Counted from the first letter of the stretch, positions 48,076-59,205 are shown. The stretch is DNA of 64,000 bases from Asterias rubens (GCF_902459465.1 NC_047074.1:7316001-7380000); one strand, 5' to 3'. Notes: generated from the letters alone by a model not told the origin. Numbers and translations: made by a program.

Positions 48076-49752
48076 TAAGTTATGTAAATGTATACTTAGC
48101 AGCAGTATCAACTTGTTACTACCTTCTTATTTAAAATGGACAATTGCCACATTTCCAAATGAAATATATTGCAGTAAGTGCTTCAAAGCCTGCTCAATTC
48201 TACACTGGGAAAGACAGGTCCCAGCCTCTCAGATCCGGTGATTCCATTGGATACAATAATATTGGATAAACATGCACAGTGACATGAGCTTTCCATAGTT
48301 GCCCAAACAGTTCATTCCTGTCACGTCCGCAATAGAAAATGGACTGCGTATCTCTATCTGAAATGTATGGGGTCAAAGGTCAAAACACACACCGGTTTGC
48401 ATGCCGGTCTCTGGCGTTTTTCACGAGCCTCGAAGTGTGATGTCAGATGTTTAGGCTAACTCAATTCGTATTCACCTAAAAAAATAACTTGTTACCAATG
48501 TATTTTGCAAATTTGTATAAACGTTGCTGTTCACTTGTAAAATTTAATTAAATCTGATTGGTTATTAAATCACTATGACTGGCACCTGTCAATTGACCAA
48601 TTGTACACAACCTCAACGCTTTGAAATCTTGTTAAGTTCAACAACAATACCGTCATTGCTCTGTGAATTTGATCTTGTAACAGCACAAAGCTGTCAAGTG
48701 ACGGAGAAAAAAGAATTGAAATGCTCCTGGACAGACATAGACAGAGTTGAATGATTCAACAACGATTGTTTGCCTTGACGTGTACAAAACCAGATTCTCA
48801 CAATGCATACCTGGATTGGCTGCAGGCAATGTACAGTTTGCTACTTATAAACATGAGTACAAGGAAAGAAAAAAGAGTAAAAAGAAGACGAAGAGAAAGA
48901 AAACCTTGAAGCTTGAATAAACAACCCAAAAAATTCATATTTATTCTCAAACGACCTGACTCATCAATACAGGTTCACAACTAAACAGACGTTTTTGGTT
49001 ATTTGTTCTATTCCGGAGGGCTAATTCAAAACTCGTCTGAAAGCCTTTGATGCTTGGCAAGACGTCGATACGGCCGTAAGAAAACACGACTAAGAGCACA
49101 TTAAAGATGCAAAGTTTTCCTGCTCTCGAGTTCGGGACCGTAAAAAAAGGGACAAAAAAACAACAAGCACTCTCTGTGGTGAATAGATAATGCGACGGTT
49201 CAGTGTATGCCAGGCCAGTGGCCTCTACGTTGGCCAGCATCCATGCTATCCTTTTATCTCTCTGTCCCATGTGATGCCATTGACTCCCTTTCCCTTGTCG
49301 TATACACCTCTATCAGATTGGGCCATTCCCAAGGTACACTCTTCTCTTTTGGAAAGTCTTTGTGGTTGAGAGTGGGTGGACGGGTAAACTCAATAGCTCC
49401 CATGGACCACTGTCTGTCAACTGATCAGGTGTACAGATTTGAACCCGAGACGCGTCAGAGAAGATGTTGTTATTCCAAGGAAATGAAACCATGAAGTCAA
49501 CAAATTGTGTCATATTTCTTGAGGCACAGACATCCCACCATGAAGAAAAAAGTGTATAAAATCAGTGTTGGTCTAAAAAGTGAAATTTTCTAAAGCCCGT
49601 GATTGAATAAACCATGAATTGAACGGCGTCAATTGTTTCTGCGAAGGTGACCCAGATCTAACCTCAGTACCTGTACAAAATAAAATTTTGTGAGACCTGA
49701 AATAATCCCCCCCCCCCCCCCCACAGTAGTGTGGCTGGGGTCTACGAACGAA

Positions 49753-49874
49753 TACTTACCGGTAGAGTCGAATTACTAATTTGCATATTCCCTATGCCGC
49801 GAGGCAAAAACGCTAAGACTTTCACACACAATAGCGCCCTCCACCGCCCTACCCATAACGCCCGCGACATGCCC
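49753..49874 (+). repeat. DIRS 3' inverted terminal repeat
   Basis: Reverse complement of 53558-53680 with 2 substitutions and 1 indel in about 122 bp. Confidence 0.95.
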
Positions 49875-49957
49875 GTCACGGAGTCATCCTCTTTTCGATG
49901 AGCCCTACTAAATGTAAGCACCCAAGGACCGAGTATGTGGGGAAGGAGGGAGGGATA

Positions 49958-50070
49958 CTCTACTGGTAAGTATTCGTTCATAGACCCCATCCACACTACT
50001 GTGGGGGGGGGGGGGGGGGGGAGTCTACTTCACTCTACTTACCGGTAGAGTCGAATTACTAATTTGCATA
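49958..50070 (+). repeat. DIRS internal complementary region (ICR)
   Basis: First half is the reverse complement of the element's left end (49707-49767, 3 mismatches, poly-G vs poly-C). Second half is the reverse complement of the right end (53646-53693). Confidence 0.93.
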
Positions 50071-50279
50071 GACTCGCACCGAGGAAAAGGCGGTGGGTAT
50101 ACGCGGTGCTACTGCATGTCTTAAGGGGGGCGTAGGACCCCGGCGCGCTCAAAATTCAGAGAACGCTTCGCGGCCGTTAGGCCCGATAGTGGTCCATGCC
50201 CAAAACGTACAGGGGGTGTCGTCCCACGGGTGAGCAAAACATTATAAGTATTGTTAGCACTGTGCTACCGTGGAAAAAC

Positions 50280-51240
50280 TTACCTAAACACGTGACTGAC
50301 GAGGTGGAGCTTTGCAGCTTGGCTGGCCGCCTGTAACACCGCTCTACCCGCTCTCCCATCCTTCAGGTAGCAGTCAGAGAACGTGGACGGGCTCTTCCAG
50401 GAGGCCGCCCTTGTTATGTCACTCATGGAGACCCCCGTACCTCGTGGGCATGAACTGGACCATCGGTCGCTGGCCATCTGCCCGGCACCGAGCGGATGGC
50501 TGTAACAATCCAACCCGGGATTGACTTTGTGCGATCGATGTACCACTTTAGCGCCCGTACCGGGCACCAAAGTTTGTCCGCCGCAACCGCCGAAAAGGCT
50601 TTAAGGTCGGGAACAAAAATATCTGGAGGTTCGCAAGAACCAGATTGGTTCTTGGCCAAAAACCCCGCCGTAGGGATCAGGCGGACTCCTCCGGGTTCCC
50701 ACCGGATGTGCCCCGCCGCCACTGTAAGGGAGTGGAGCTCGCTACGTCGGCGAGACGTAGCGACCGCCACCAAAAAGGCCTCTTTGACCGTTAGGTGTAG
50801 CAACGTGGCCCCACTCAGTGGTTCGAACGGGGGTTTTGTTAGTGCCGACAGCACGCTAAAGAGGTCCCAGGATGGGACCAATTTGCGCACAGGGGGACGG
50901 GTGACAAACATCCCCCTTAGTCAGCTGCCCAATCGCCCGGTTATCCGAGACCGTCGAGCCGTCGGCGAATCCTCCGTGGACTGCTGCAATGGCCGACCAG
51001 TAATTTTTCACCGTGGCCGTTGCCAGTCCGCTATCAAAAAGATATAGGAGGAAATCCCCGACTTCCTCTACAGAAGTATCGGCGGGATGAATAGCTTGCC
51101 GCCTACACCATTTAAAGAAATGGCGTAGTCGGCAGTCATAAACTCTTCGGGTCGAGGCCCTTCGGGACTGGGCGGCAACTTCCGCAGCCCGTCTCGAAAG
51201 GCCCGCTGCTCTGAGGGATCTTGTGACAGCACCCAGCACG
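50280..51240 (-). pseudogene. DIRS tyrosine recombinase (phage-integrase family), frameshifted
   Basis: SAM-like N-domain (RASTRRVYDCRLRHFFKWC...VKNYWSAI), then WDLFSVLSALTKPPFEP, TSRRRSELHSL, CPVRALKWY, AHEVR and AASW..STFSDCYL (R, HxxR, W, Y catalytic set), spread across 3 ORF segments. Confidence 0.9.
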
Positions 51241-51345
51241 TCAGGTGCAGGTCCCTCGGAGTCGGATGAACCACTCCGGACCCGGGCTGGTATATGAGGT
51301 CTGGGCGTTGTGGGAGAACCACCGGCCTGTGCACCAGGAGCTTGG
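51195..51345 (-). pseudogene. C-terminal tail of DIRS pol (post-RNase H/methyltransferase region)
   Basis: KLLVHRPVVLPQRPDLIYQPGSGVVHPTPRDLHLTCWVLS fits the LL..P..LP...DL..Q....HP....L.L..W.L pattern at the end of DIRS pol. It is fused directly to the end of ORF1. Confidence 0.75.
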
Positions 51346-53452
51346 TCCTTGGTTCCCACGAAAACCGCCACGGGCGGGTCTCTGTGGGCGCCTATGTGAA
51401 ATCACAAAGGAGGCTTGCTTGCCTTTCCTTGCCGCCGGTACGGAGGTCCGCGGCTTCCTTAAGTTGATTTTATCTGTGGCCTTAAAGCGCCTGGCTCCGG
51501 CCTCCATAGACTCCTGGAATTTCCCTGCAAACAGGTCTCGTCCCATTAGGGGGAGCGCATCAAGTCGTTTGCGAGCCCCGACGGACGGGAGGAACAGAGC
51601 GTCTAGGACCTTTGCCCTACGGGCAGATGTTGCTAGGGTGGATACTCTCGTAAACTGATCCAGGACCGTGCGCAGGCCATTATCCAGGCAATGGAGGGCC
51701 GCCACCATCATGTCCGCTGGGATCGCCGAGTCCTCATCGCCGGCAAGCGTGAGGTACTCGGACAAGAGAAGCAAAAAAGATGATGTGCGCATGCCAAAGC
51801 GCGATGCTGAGTCTATCTTCCTGGCTACTTCCTCCATCTTCCCCGCGCTTTGTCGGTGAAGGGAGGTCTGGAAGAGGTTGACCCCCTGTCTGCGGTCAGC
51901 TTGTCTGCCGCGGAGTCCGGTAGGGCCGGGGTCGAAAAATATTTATCGAAATCCCCGGGGGGAAATCGGTAATATAAATCCGCCCGCTTGGGGTAGGCCG
52001 TCCAAGAGGATGCCGACATAATGCCCTCGATGCAGTCAGCGCATACCCGGTCGAGTGGCATAGCCGGGAAAATATTCCCACTCCTCGGAGCGGGGCCAGT
52101 CCTTCTCTTAAAAGACCGACGTTCAGAGGGGGCGTCCCCCGCTTCCTCGGCGGGGAGATCCAACACCCCGGCCATGTCCCTTTGGACAAGGCGCAATTCA
52201 GTTTCGGCAATTGAAAGCCGTTGAACTGCCGTGGCCAACTCGTCCTCTTCCGAGGATAATTCGCCGGACATGGGGGGGTCAGATATACTCACTGATTGTT
52301 CACCCAAAGGTAGGGCTGTGCCTAACAAATCATGGTGCTCTGCATCCCGATCGGATACAAAGGATCCCGAGGGGTGTATGCTAATCCCCGTCTGGGATTG
52401 TGGATGTGCACCCGTGCATGACCGCACATCACCCTGATCCATCACACCCCATGCAACCTCCTACGTGGTGACCGTGGGACTGTGGCTGGGAGGGGAGGCC
52501 GGTGGCCGGCTGACCGTGCACGGTACGCTGCCTCGATCCTGGCGCACCCAGCCATGACCGGACTGGTCGGGCTGGGTGTACGGTCCCGCAAACTGGATAA
52601 TTCCTGAACCTCGCGCTGGCCGGATATTGAGGCCGCTAAGGTCCGGAAAGCCATGAGGAATTCGTCTCGGGATAGCGGTTTGCTACCCCGATGATGTTTC
52701 CTATGGCTGTCAGGTGAGGAGTCATCAGACGACCGAAGATGACGGTCTTTTCTGGTCTTCTGCCGCTTATTCGGTACCCTTTCACGGGACGAATCCGAGG
52801 CTCTCTCTGAGGAAACTTGAGTGACAGGGATGCCCGAACAACGGGTGAAACCCGAAGACGAGGGCGGGCCCTGTGAGTGGGGTATCCCGGGGGAGTCCCA
52901 GGTACCCGACTCCGCACCCATAATCCTTCTCCCCATGGCCAGCGCCCCACAGCCTATGGCGTGGGCGGGTGCCTTGTGGGTCTTAAAACCTCGCAAAAGG
53001 CGATCACCAACCTTCGTGGGGGAATCCACGGTGTCGGTGCGGGCCGGGTATTCTGAGCCGTGCGGAGGGGGGATGCCCTCCGGCTTCAGAGACCCCGAGG
53101 CGGTGCTGGGAGAGTGGGCGGTGCGCTCCGGAACGGAGCCACCTTTCGCCCTTCCTCTCTTGGTCGCTGCCCCGGCACCGGCTTTCTTGGCCTTGCCGGG
53201 GCGCTTGACCTTCGACTGGGTCGACCCACGCACACTGACCGAGGAGGGGGAGCGGGAAGCAACCTCTCTTTGATCGGTGGGTCTTCCGGCCAACGCAGCC
53301 GACAGAGGCTGCGTAGGTCGGCTGGAGGACTGCAAGCCGGGCGACGGAGTGTCGCCGGCGTAGCCCCCCGAGAGCTCCGACTGTCCCGGGGAAACGGACG
53401 TAACCCCAGTAGTGACAGCCGAAGCCCTCCCCAGTTTCTTTACGCTACTCAT
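51345..53452 (-). pseudogene. DIRS ORF1 (gag-like), broken into three frames
   Basis: ATG at 53452 just inside the ITR. ORF-track segments 52442-53452, 51825-52445 and 51241-51837 lie in three different frames. GC-rich, with a low-complexity N-terminus and an Arg/Gly-rich C-terminus as in DIRS ORF1. Confidence 0.75.
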
Positions 53453-53557
53453 TATTTTATCACAGAATCAAACTATAGTTTATTTCACAACTCACTACAA
53501 CAACAACTAAAACTCTACAATTTTTCTAGTCTTTTTAAGCACTCTTAGCAAGGATAA

Positions 53558-53680
53558 GGGCATGTCGCGGGGCGTTATGGGTAGGACGGTGGAGGGCGCT
53601 ATTGTGTGTGAAAGTCTTAGCATTTTTGCCTCGCGGCATAGGGAATATGCAAATTAGTAATTCGACTCTACCGGTAAGTA
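53558..53680 (-). repeat. DIRS 5' inverted terminal repeat
   Basis: Reverse complement of 49753-49874. Confidence 0.95.
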
Positions 53681-54086
53681 GAGTGAAGTAGACATAATAT
53701 TTTAACTATACAACCAGAAAATGTTAACCAATGTTACTCTGTGACTGGCTGTATTGCATCCAATATGAAAATTTCGTTTGAACAAATAATCAAACATGTA
53801 GTTTAGTTAAATTATACCTGTTTTAAAATTGGTCCTGACCCCAACCCAAACCTTATACACTGATGATAACCATTTAACCAAAACCTTACCCTAAAACCAA
53901 TTACCCAAACCTGAAACCCAAACTCACCTTCTGATCAAAACGCAAACTGCCTGCAAATCCTGATTTTTCCAATAACCAAAATGTTTTCATCATAAATATT
54001 GTTCAAAAAGATTAGTTGACCTTCTCCCCTCCCCACATCCAAAGCAGATTGGTCAATTGCAACTTGTATATAAGTTCATCCCAGTT

Positions 54087-54256
54087 GGGCCTTTTCGAAA
54101 CGCGGACTTCGGCTTTGGATTCGGCTCAGGCTAGCTTGGCCCCGCCGATTGTTTTGACAATTGCGCGTGTTTTTTTATACGAGCTCAGGGCTTCAGACAA
54201 GGGAAAGGAGACTCAAGGCGAATCCAAAGCCGAAGCCGTGGTTTTCAAAAAGGGCC
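54087..54256. mobile_element. Harbinger-like MITE
   Basis: About 37-bp imperfect TIR containing CTTCGGCTTTGGATTCG / CGAATCCAAAGCCGAAG, with GGGCC/GGCC ends. Confidence 0.65.
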
Positions 54257-54960
54257 TTTGCAAATCAAACAACCCCATAAATACATGCAGCCACACGGCA
54301 AACAGAAAAAGCAAGAAATAAAAAACAAGAAGAGAAACTAGATCTGCAGGGAGGTTGATGAGTGAGAATTTCGATTTGCTGTCCATGAACACCTGAACCT
54401 AAAACATCGACTTCAAATCAACAAGAAATAGAGAGAGAGAGACAAAAAACATCCACAGGTTTTTGACCCGTCTGGATATCAGAAGAGAACATCTCAATAA
54501 TCCTTATCTCTCTTTGGGTAAATACTCTTTAGCAGGATTCACAATTTTGCCGTCAGGGGCAAGGGCTCATTTCGCCCTCTTGAAAACGTTTCCACAAAGT
54601 GAGACTTGGTGTTTCTTGAGGGACTGCGGGGGTAACACGATCCCCTGATTATCCTGCAAAGTGGACACGTCAGTGTATTCCCCCATTACAAAATAGAGAA
54701 TTAATGAGCAGAATGTCTGAATACATGAATTTCTGAAGCATGTGGTTTCATGAACTTTTAAGTTGATGAAATTTACTATCTTTTTTTTATATTTTTTTGT
54801 TTGGTTTGTGGGGAGTAGGGAAGATGATGATACAGTGAGTTCATTGATCGATCGTTTACATGGATGGGCAAATAGTCTATAAGACCTCAGGAAATCTGAA
54901 TGGACAACCTTACAGAAGAAAAACACCTGTTCCATAGGAGCTACATGTTGTATTGTTTAC

Positions 54961-55343
54961 TTAAAGACACTGGACACTAGTGGTAATTGTCTGAGACCAG
55001 CCTTCTCAATTTGTGTATTTCAACATATATGCATAAAATAACAAACCTGTGAAAATTTGAGCTCAATCGGTCGTCAAAGTTGCGAGAGAATATTGAAAGA
55101 AGAAAACGCCCTTGTCACACAAAGTCGTGTGCTTAGATGCATGGTTTCAAAACCTCAAATTCTAAATCTGAGATCTTGAAATCAAATTCATTGACAAATG
55201 TTTCTTTATCAAAACTACGTCATTTCAGAGGGAGCCGCTTCTCACAATGTTTTATACCATCAACCTCTCCCTATACTCGTTACCAAGAAAGGTTTTATGC
55301 TAATAACTGTTTTGAGTAATACCAATAGTGTCCACTGCCTTAA
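54961..55343. mobile_element. Kolobok-type MITE family A
   Basis: TTAA-AGACACTGGACAC...GTGTCCACTGCCT-TAA. Confidence 0.88.
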
Positions 55344-56563
55344 AAAATGTCCAGTTGATGTATTATAAAAAAAAAATTGTTTTAAACATACACCAAAAAA
55401 AGGAAAACAATATTTGTAGGGAAAATCTTACACAGACATCCTGTCCAAGTGGCAAACTCAACAGTTCAAAATTGTTGTGCCAAGTAAAGCAGGTTTTCAA
55501 AAAAAATCTAATCAAACCTGTTCGTTTGCCATGGATTTGCATTGTTACGTCATTCATTTTGATACAGTAAGTACCAGAAGGTTAAAGTCCTTTTCGTGTG
55601 TTTACTGTTAGCAGCACTATGAAATGGAACATCGCGCAGTGAGCACAAATAGGGCCTTCAAGCAGCTCTTTGACATTTGGCCCGGACGACCATAAATACA
55701 ATGGAATATTGTCGTGCAGCAATACAATGGAGCGCATTGAGCATGACATCCATTGATGCTCTGCTATGATGACACAAATGACTTTAAATAATACAAGATC
55801 CATCGACACCAATGACATTTACGCCAATTGTGTTAAAGTGACAATTTAAAACGATACCAAGGATAGTGTACACTATATTACTTTTTTTTTTTTACTTTAA
55901 TTCTTCGGACAAAACAATAAAACAAGCACAGGCTGTCCAGGGAAGGGCAAAAGTAAACAAAACTGTCATCAAAAAAGATGCGTCTTCCCAGACCTAGCTC
56001 ATAATCCATATGCGAAGAGGCAAAGAAGCACAACACATGGCACATGCTGCATACTTATTCTAATTCTATGGGTTTTTTTTCAAAAGGCACAATCAAATGA
56101 AAAAAACAACAACAGGGTGTCATTCCTAAATACATTTGAAACAGGCTACACAAGTAATTATCCAAAACTATTAGTAACATTCAAACACAACTCCAAACTG
56201 CTAAAGCGTAGCAGTCAATCGAAACTGACTCACTGATTCCTACACAGTACATGCAGTTTTAATCCAAAACTAACTCCAGGCAAACCAACAAGGTAGATAA
56301 CTCAGGATAAATCTTGATTACTAGCAGCATTTTAAGAAGCTCTCTTTAAAAGACCTAGTGTCCTAAATCATCTAGATAGCCATCATATCATCATTTTATG
56401 ACACCTAACAAGCAAGTTATTCTCAACAAGAGGAAATGCCATCTTTCCGATCCCACATCAAGCCAGCATTTCCGTGCTCGGCACACGCCACGGCCAAATG
56501 CCACAGGGGAAGAAAAACATCTTAAATGTAGCGCAACTTTTTAGCGCTAAATGCAGCACTCGG

Positions 56564-56601
56564 CTTTTATATCAGCGAGGGCGGGCTCTTTGGACTTCCT
56601 G
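56564..56601 (-). promoter_or_regulatory. Candidate TATA promoter, possibly mbnl upstream TSS (about 56540)
   Basis: Minus-strand TATAAAAG (56571-56564), GC box GGGCGGG (56579-56585), ETS motif CAGGAAGT (56601-56594), (GA)n at 56730-56740, all in a GC-elevated patch. Possible donor TCA|GTGAGT at 56234/56233. Confidence 0.35.
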
Positions 56602-57580
56602 TCCAGACAGTCGTGAAAGACAACTCCCGAACAGTGTCAACTTCTCATCAAAAATCAATATGCGTGCATATGAAATAGCGGAATAGCGGCCTGGACAGTT
56701 AGAGAGGACCGGAGGAAGAGTGAGCTGTGGAGAGAGAGAGTGGGCTGTTGCAGCAGCCGGGCTCCAACCCCCTTAGGCAATCATTTTAACTGTCTTCCAC
56801 GCCACATTATTAAAAGTACGATTTCCACTCTGCTTCTCCAAGACATTTTATGCATTACAAGAAGGTGAAGAAAAAAAAATGAAAGGCAAAGGGGACAAAA
56901 AAAGAAGAGTTTCTTCTCAGTTTTTATCTTGAACCAGGGAGACAGGATGATATTGCACATCCTGCATATTTCAACGGTTCTAAAGGGCTCGTTTGGCATT
57001 GGGTTTCACTCAATCCGTGTCAATGATATGCCCTGCATGTCTTGGGCTGTCTACAGCCTGAAAGACCAAGGTGTCCCATGTTGGGCTTCGTGTTGGCTGT
57101 GATCCTCTACTCGCTGGTGACCCAGATTCGCATGGAACAATTCAGCTATTCTGCCCAACCGGGGATGTATGTGACGAGCTCCGACGGTGAACATTAGAAG
57201 GCCGGTGCGTGAGGACAAGTCGCTACCAAGTCTTAACGCCACGCGCTCAATAATAAGATCTGTCTGGCAAATGGCCTAAGTACTGCATCATCCGTCTCAG
57301 GTTGGGTCAGCCGTACTTTACGCAAATATTAATCATGAAAATAATTAGGGCTCATAATCAATAGCCATGTCAGAAAACTACAACAGAAACCAGTGCTATT
57401 CATTCTGCGTTGAAGTCTCCAGTGTCGTTGAGAGAAGCTCATGTTCTAAAAGCCCGCTTATAAAATAATCTGACACTGACTTCTTGCAAGTAACGTAAAA
57501 CTTCTACAAGAGGGAATAATTAGTTTCATGGACATAATTTTGTTTTATTATCGATCATTGATAAATAGTCATAATGTACA

Positions 57581-58180
57581 AAGTATTGAGTATACAGTGC
57601 TGACACACATCGGTGTATGGGTAAAATCCAAAATGAATATTCTTTATCCCCAAAGCAAATTTAACATCTATATTATCGCTGCGGTACCCGCTGCCAAAAC
57701 AAAGGATTCGAACTGCCTCTAGCTACCGGGCAATCTCGGTAGTCTAGTTGGTAAGACACTGCTCTAGAGTTGCAAGGGTCGTGGGTTTGAATCCCACCCG
57801 AGTAATATGCCTGTGATATTTTTTCACAGGACTCGGAAAAGTACTGAGTATACAGTGCTAACACACATTGGTGTATGGGTAAAATCCAAAATTAATATTC
57901 TTTATCCCCGATGCAAATTTAACATCTATAATATCGTTGCGGTACCCGCTGCCAAAACAAAGGATTCGAACTGCCTCTAGCTACCGGGCAACCTCTGTAG
58001 TCTAGTTGGTAAGACACTGCTCTAGAGTTGCAAGGGTCGTGGGTGCGAATCCCACCCGAGTAATATGCCTGTGATATTTTTTCACAGGACTCGGAATAGT
58101 ACTGAGTATACAGTGCTAACACACATTGGTGTATGGGTAAAGTCCAAAATTAATATTCTTCATCCCCAATGCAAATTTAA
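57581..58180 (+). repeat. Tandem array of a 258-bp unit (about 2.3 copies) containing tRNA-like Pol III heads
   Basis: AGTA(T/C)TGAG recurs at 57582, 57840 and 58098, and GCGGTACCCG at 57681 and 57939 (period 258). tRNA-like heads at 57733-57804 and 57991-58062, each followed by a T6 run. Confidence 0.9.
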
Positions 58181-58504
58181 TTATATATCTATTATATACA
58201 TTGAGTTCATTATACATTGCACATGTCCCATTTACTAAATGATACAAAATTAATCTGGAGGACATAGGTTCAAATCCCACTCTATCTGTCTTAGTTCAAC
58301 ACCAATTCAAAAATTAATTGTTCTACACTTTTAAAGCTGTGTTGTTGAGCAAAAATAATTCAGAGCATCGAGCATCTTTTAAGCTGTAAGGGAAAAGGGC
58401 ATCAATGTTTTGGGAAGAGTAAGTTACTCCCATCATTGAGCCCAACTTTTGATTGTGGACATCAAAATAATCAAAACTGGTTTGTGGGGTCTTTATATTT
58501 TGTT

Positions 58505-58884
58505 TTAAAGGGAAGGCACACGTTTGGTAATTACTCAAAACAAACATTAAATTAAAACTGAACTTGGTAACGAGCATTGGAGAGCTGTTGATAGTATAAC
58601 ACATTGTGGGAAACGACTCCCTCTGAAGTAACGTAGTTTTTAAGAAAGAGGTAATTTCTCACTTAAATATTAAAAGACTTCTAGCTGGAAGTCTTTTACT
58701 CCTATCTGAAAGCACACAATTCGTCTGACAAGGGTTTTTTCTTTCATCATTTTCTCGCAACTTACATTGTAGATGACCGATTGAGCCCAAATTTTCACAG
58801 GCTTGTTATTTTATGCTTATGATGGGATACACCAAGTGAGAACACTGGTCTTTGACAAATACCGAACGTGTACAGTACCTTTAA
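58505..58884. mobile_element. Kolobok-type MITE family A, subfamily A2
   Basis: Same variant ends and body as 36852-37219. Confidence 0.88.
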
Positions 58885-59013
58885 TTTGTTTACATATTCA
58901 GTTTTCCCTGTCACAGTATTTCAGAGGAGTGGGTGTTATAGGCCTACTGTGGTATGAATTTGGGTATTGGAGCTGTTTTATTGGAATTAGCACCAAAAAA
59001 AAAAAAAAAAAAA

Positions 59014-59205
59014 AGTTCACAGATTTACAAATAACTTACATGAAATATTATTCCATGAAATGCTTTACTTTTTGAGAAAAAATTAAAACAATTATAAAAT
59101 CTCAGTATCGAAAATAACAGATTTATTTTAAACACATGTCATGACACGGAAAAACAGGCGGAAACAAGGGTGGGTTTTCCCTATTTTTTCTCCCGACTCG
59201 ATCGA
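59014..59205. mobile_element. Internal fragment of MITE family D
   Basis: Direct-orientation match to the interior of 59618-59992. Confidence 0.7.

Larger units (their letters stand above)
49707..53693 (-). mobile_element. DIRS-type tyrosine-recombinase retrotransposon, internally deleted (non-autonomous), 3987 bp
   Basis: Inverted terminal repeats, an internal complementary region matching both ends, gag-like ORF1 remnants, a methyltransferase-region C-terminal tail, and a tyrosine recombinase. No RT/RNase H motifs seen. Confidence 0.92.

Noticed and set aside
50496-53548. Plus-strand ORFs inside the DIRS element (e.g. 50496-51047, 52821-53273, 53060-53548)
   Set aside because: Antisense shadows of GC-rich minus-strand coding sequence with no recognisable motifs.
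53840-53925. Telomere-like AACCC/ACCCTAA-rich stretch
   Set aside because: Too degenerate to call an interstitial telomeric repeat or a Helitron end.
56958-56975. HPAYFN resembling the Hsp70 VPAYFN motif
   Set aside because: Five-residue match only. Flanking residues do not fit Hsp70.
57733-58062. Tandem tRNA genes or a CRISPR-like array
   Set aside because: Anticodon arms are degenerate and whole 258-bp units repeat with no unique spacers. The context is eukaryotic with no cas genes.
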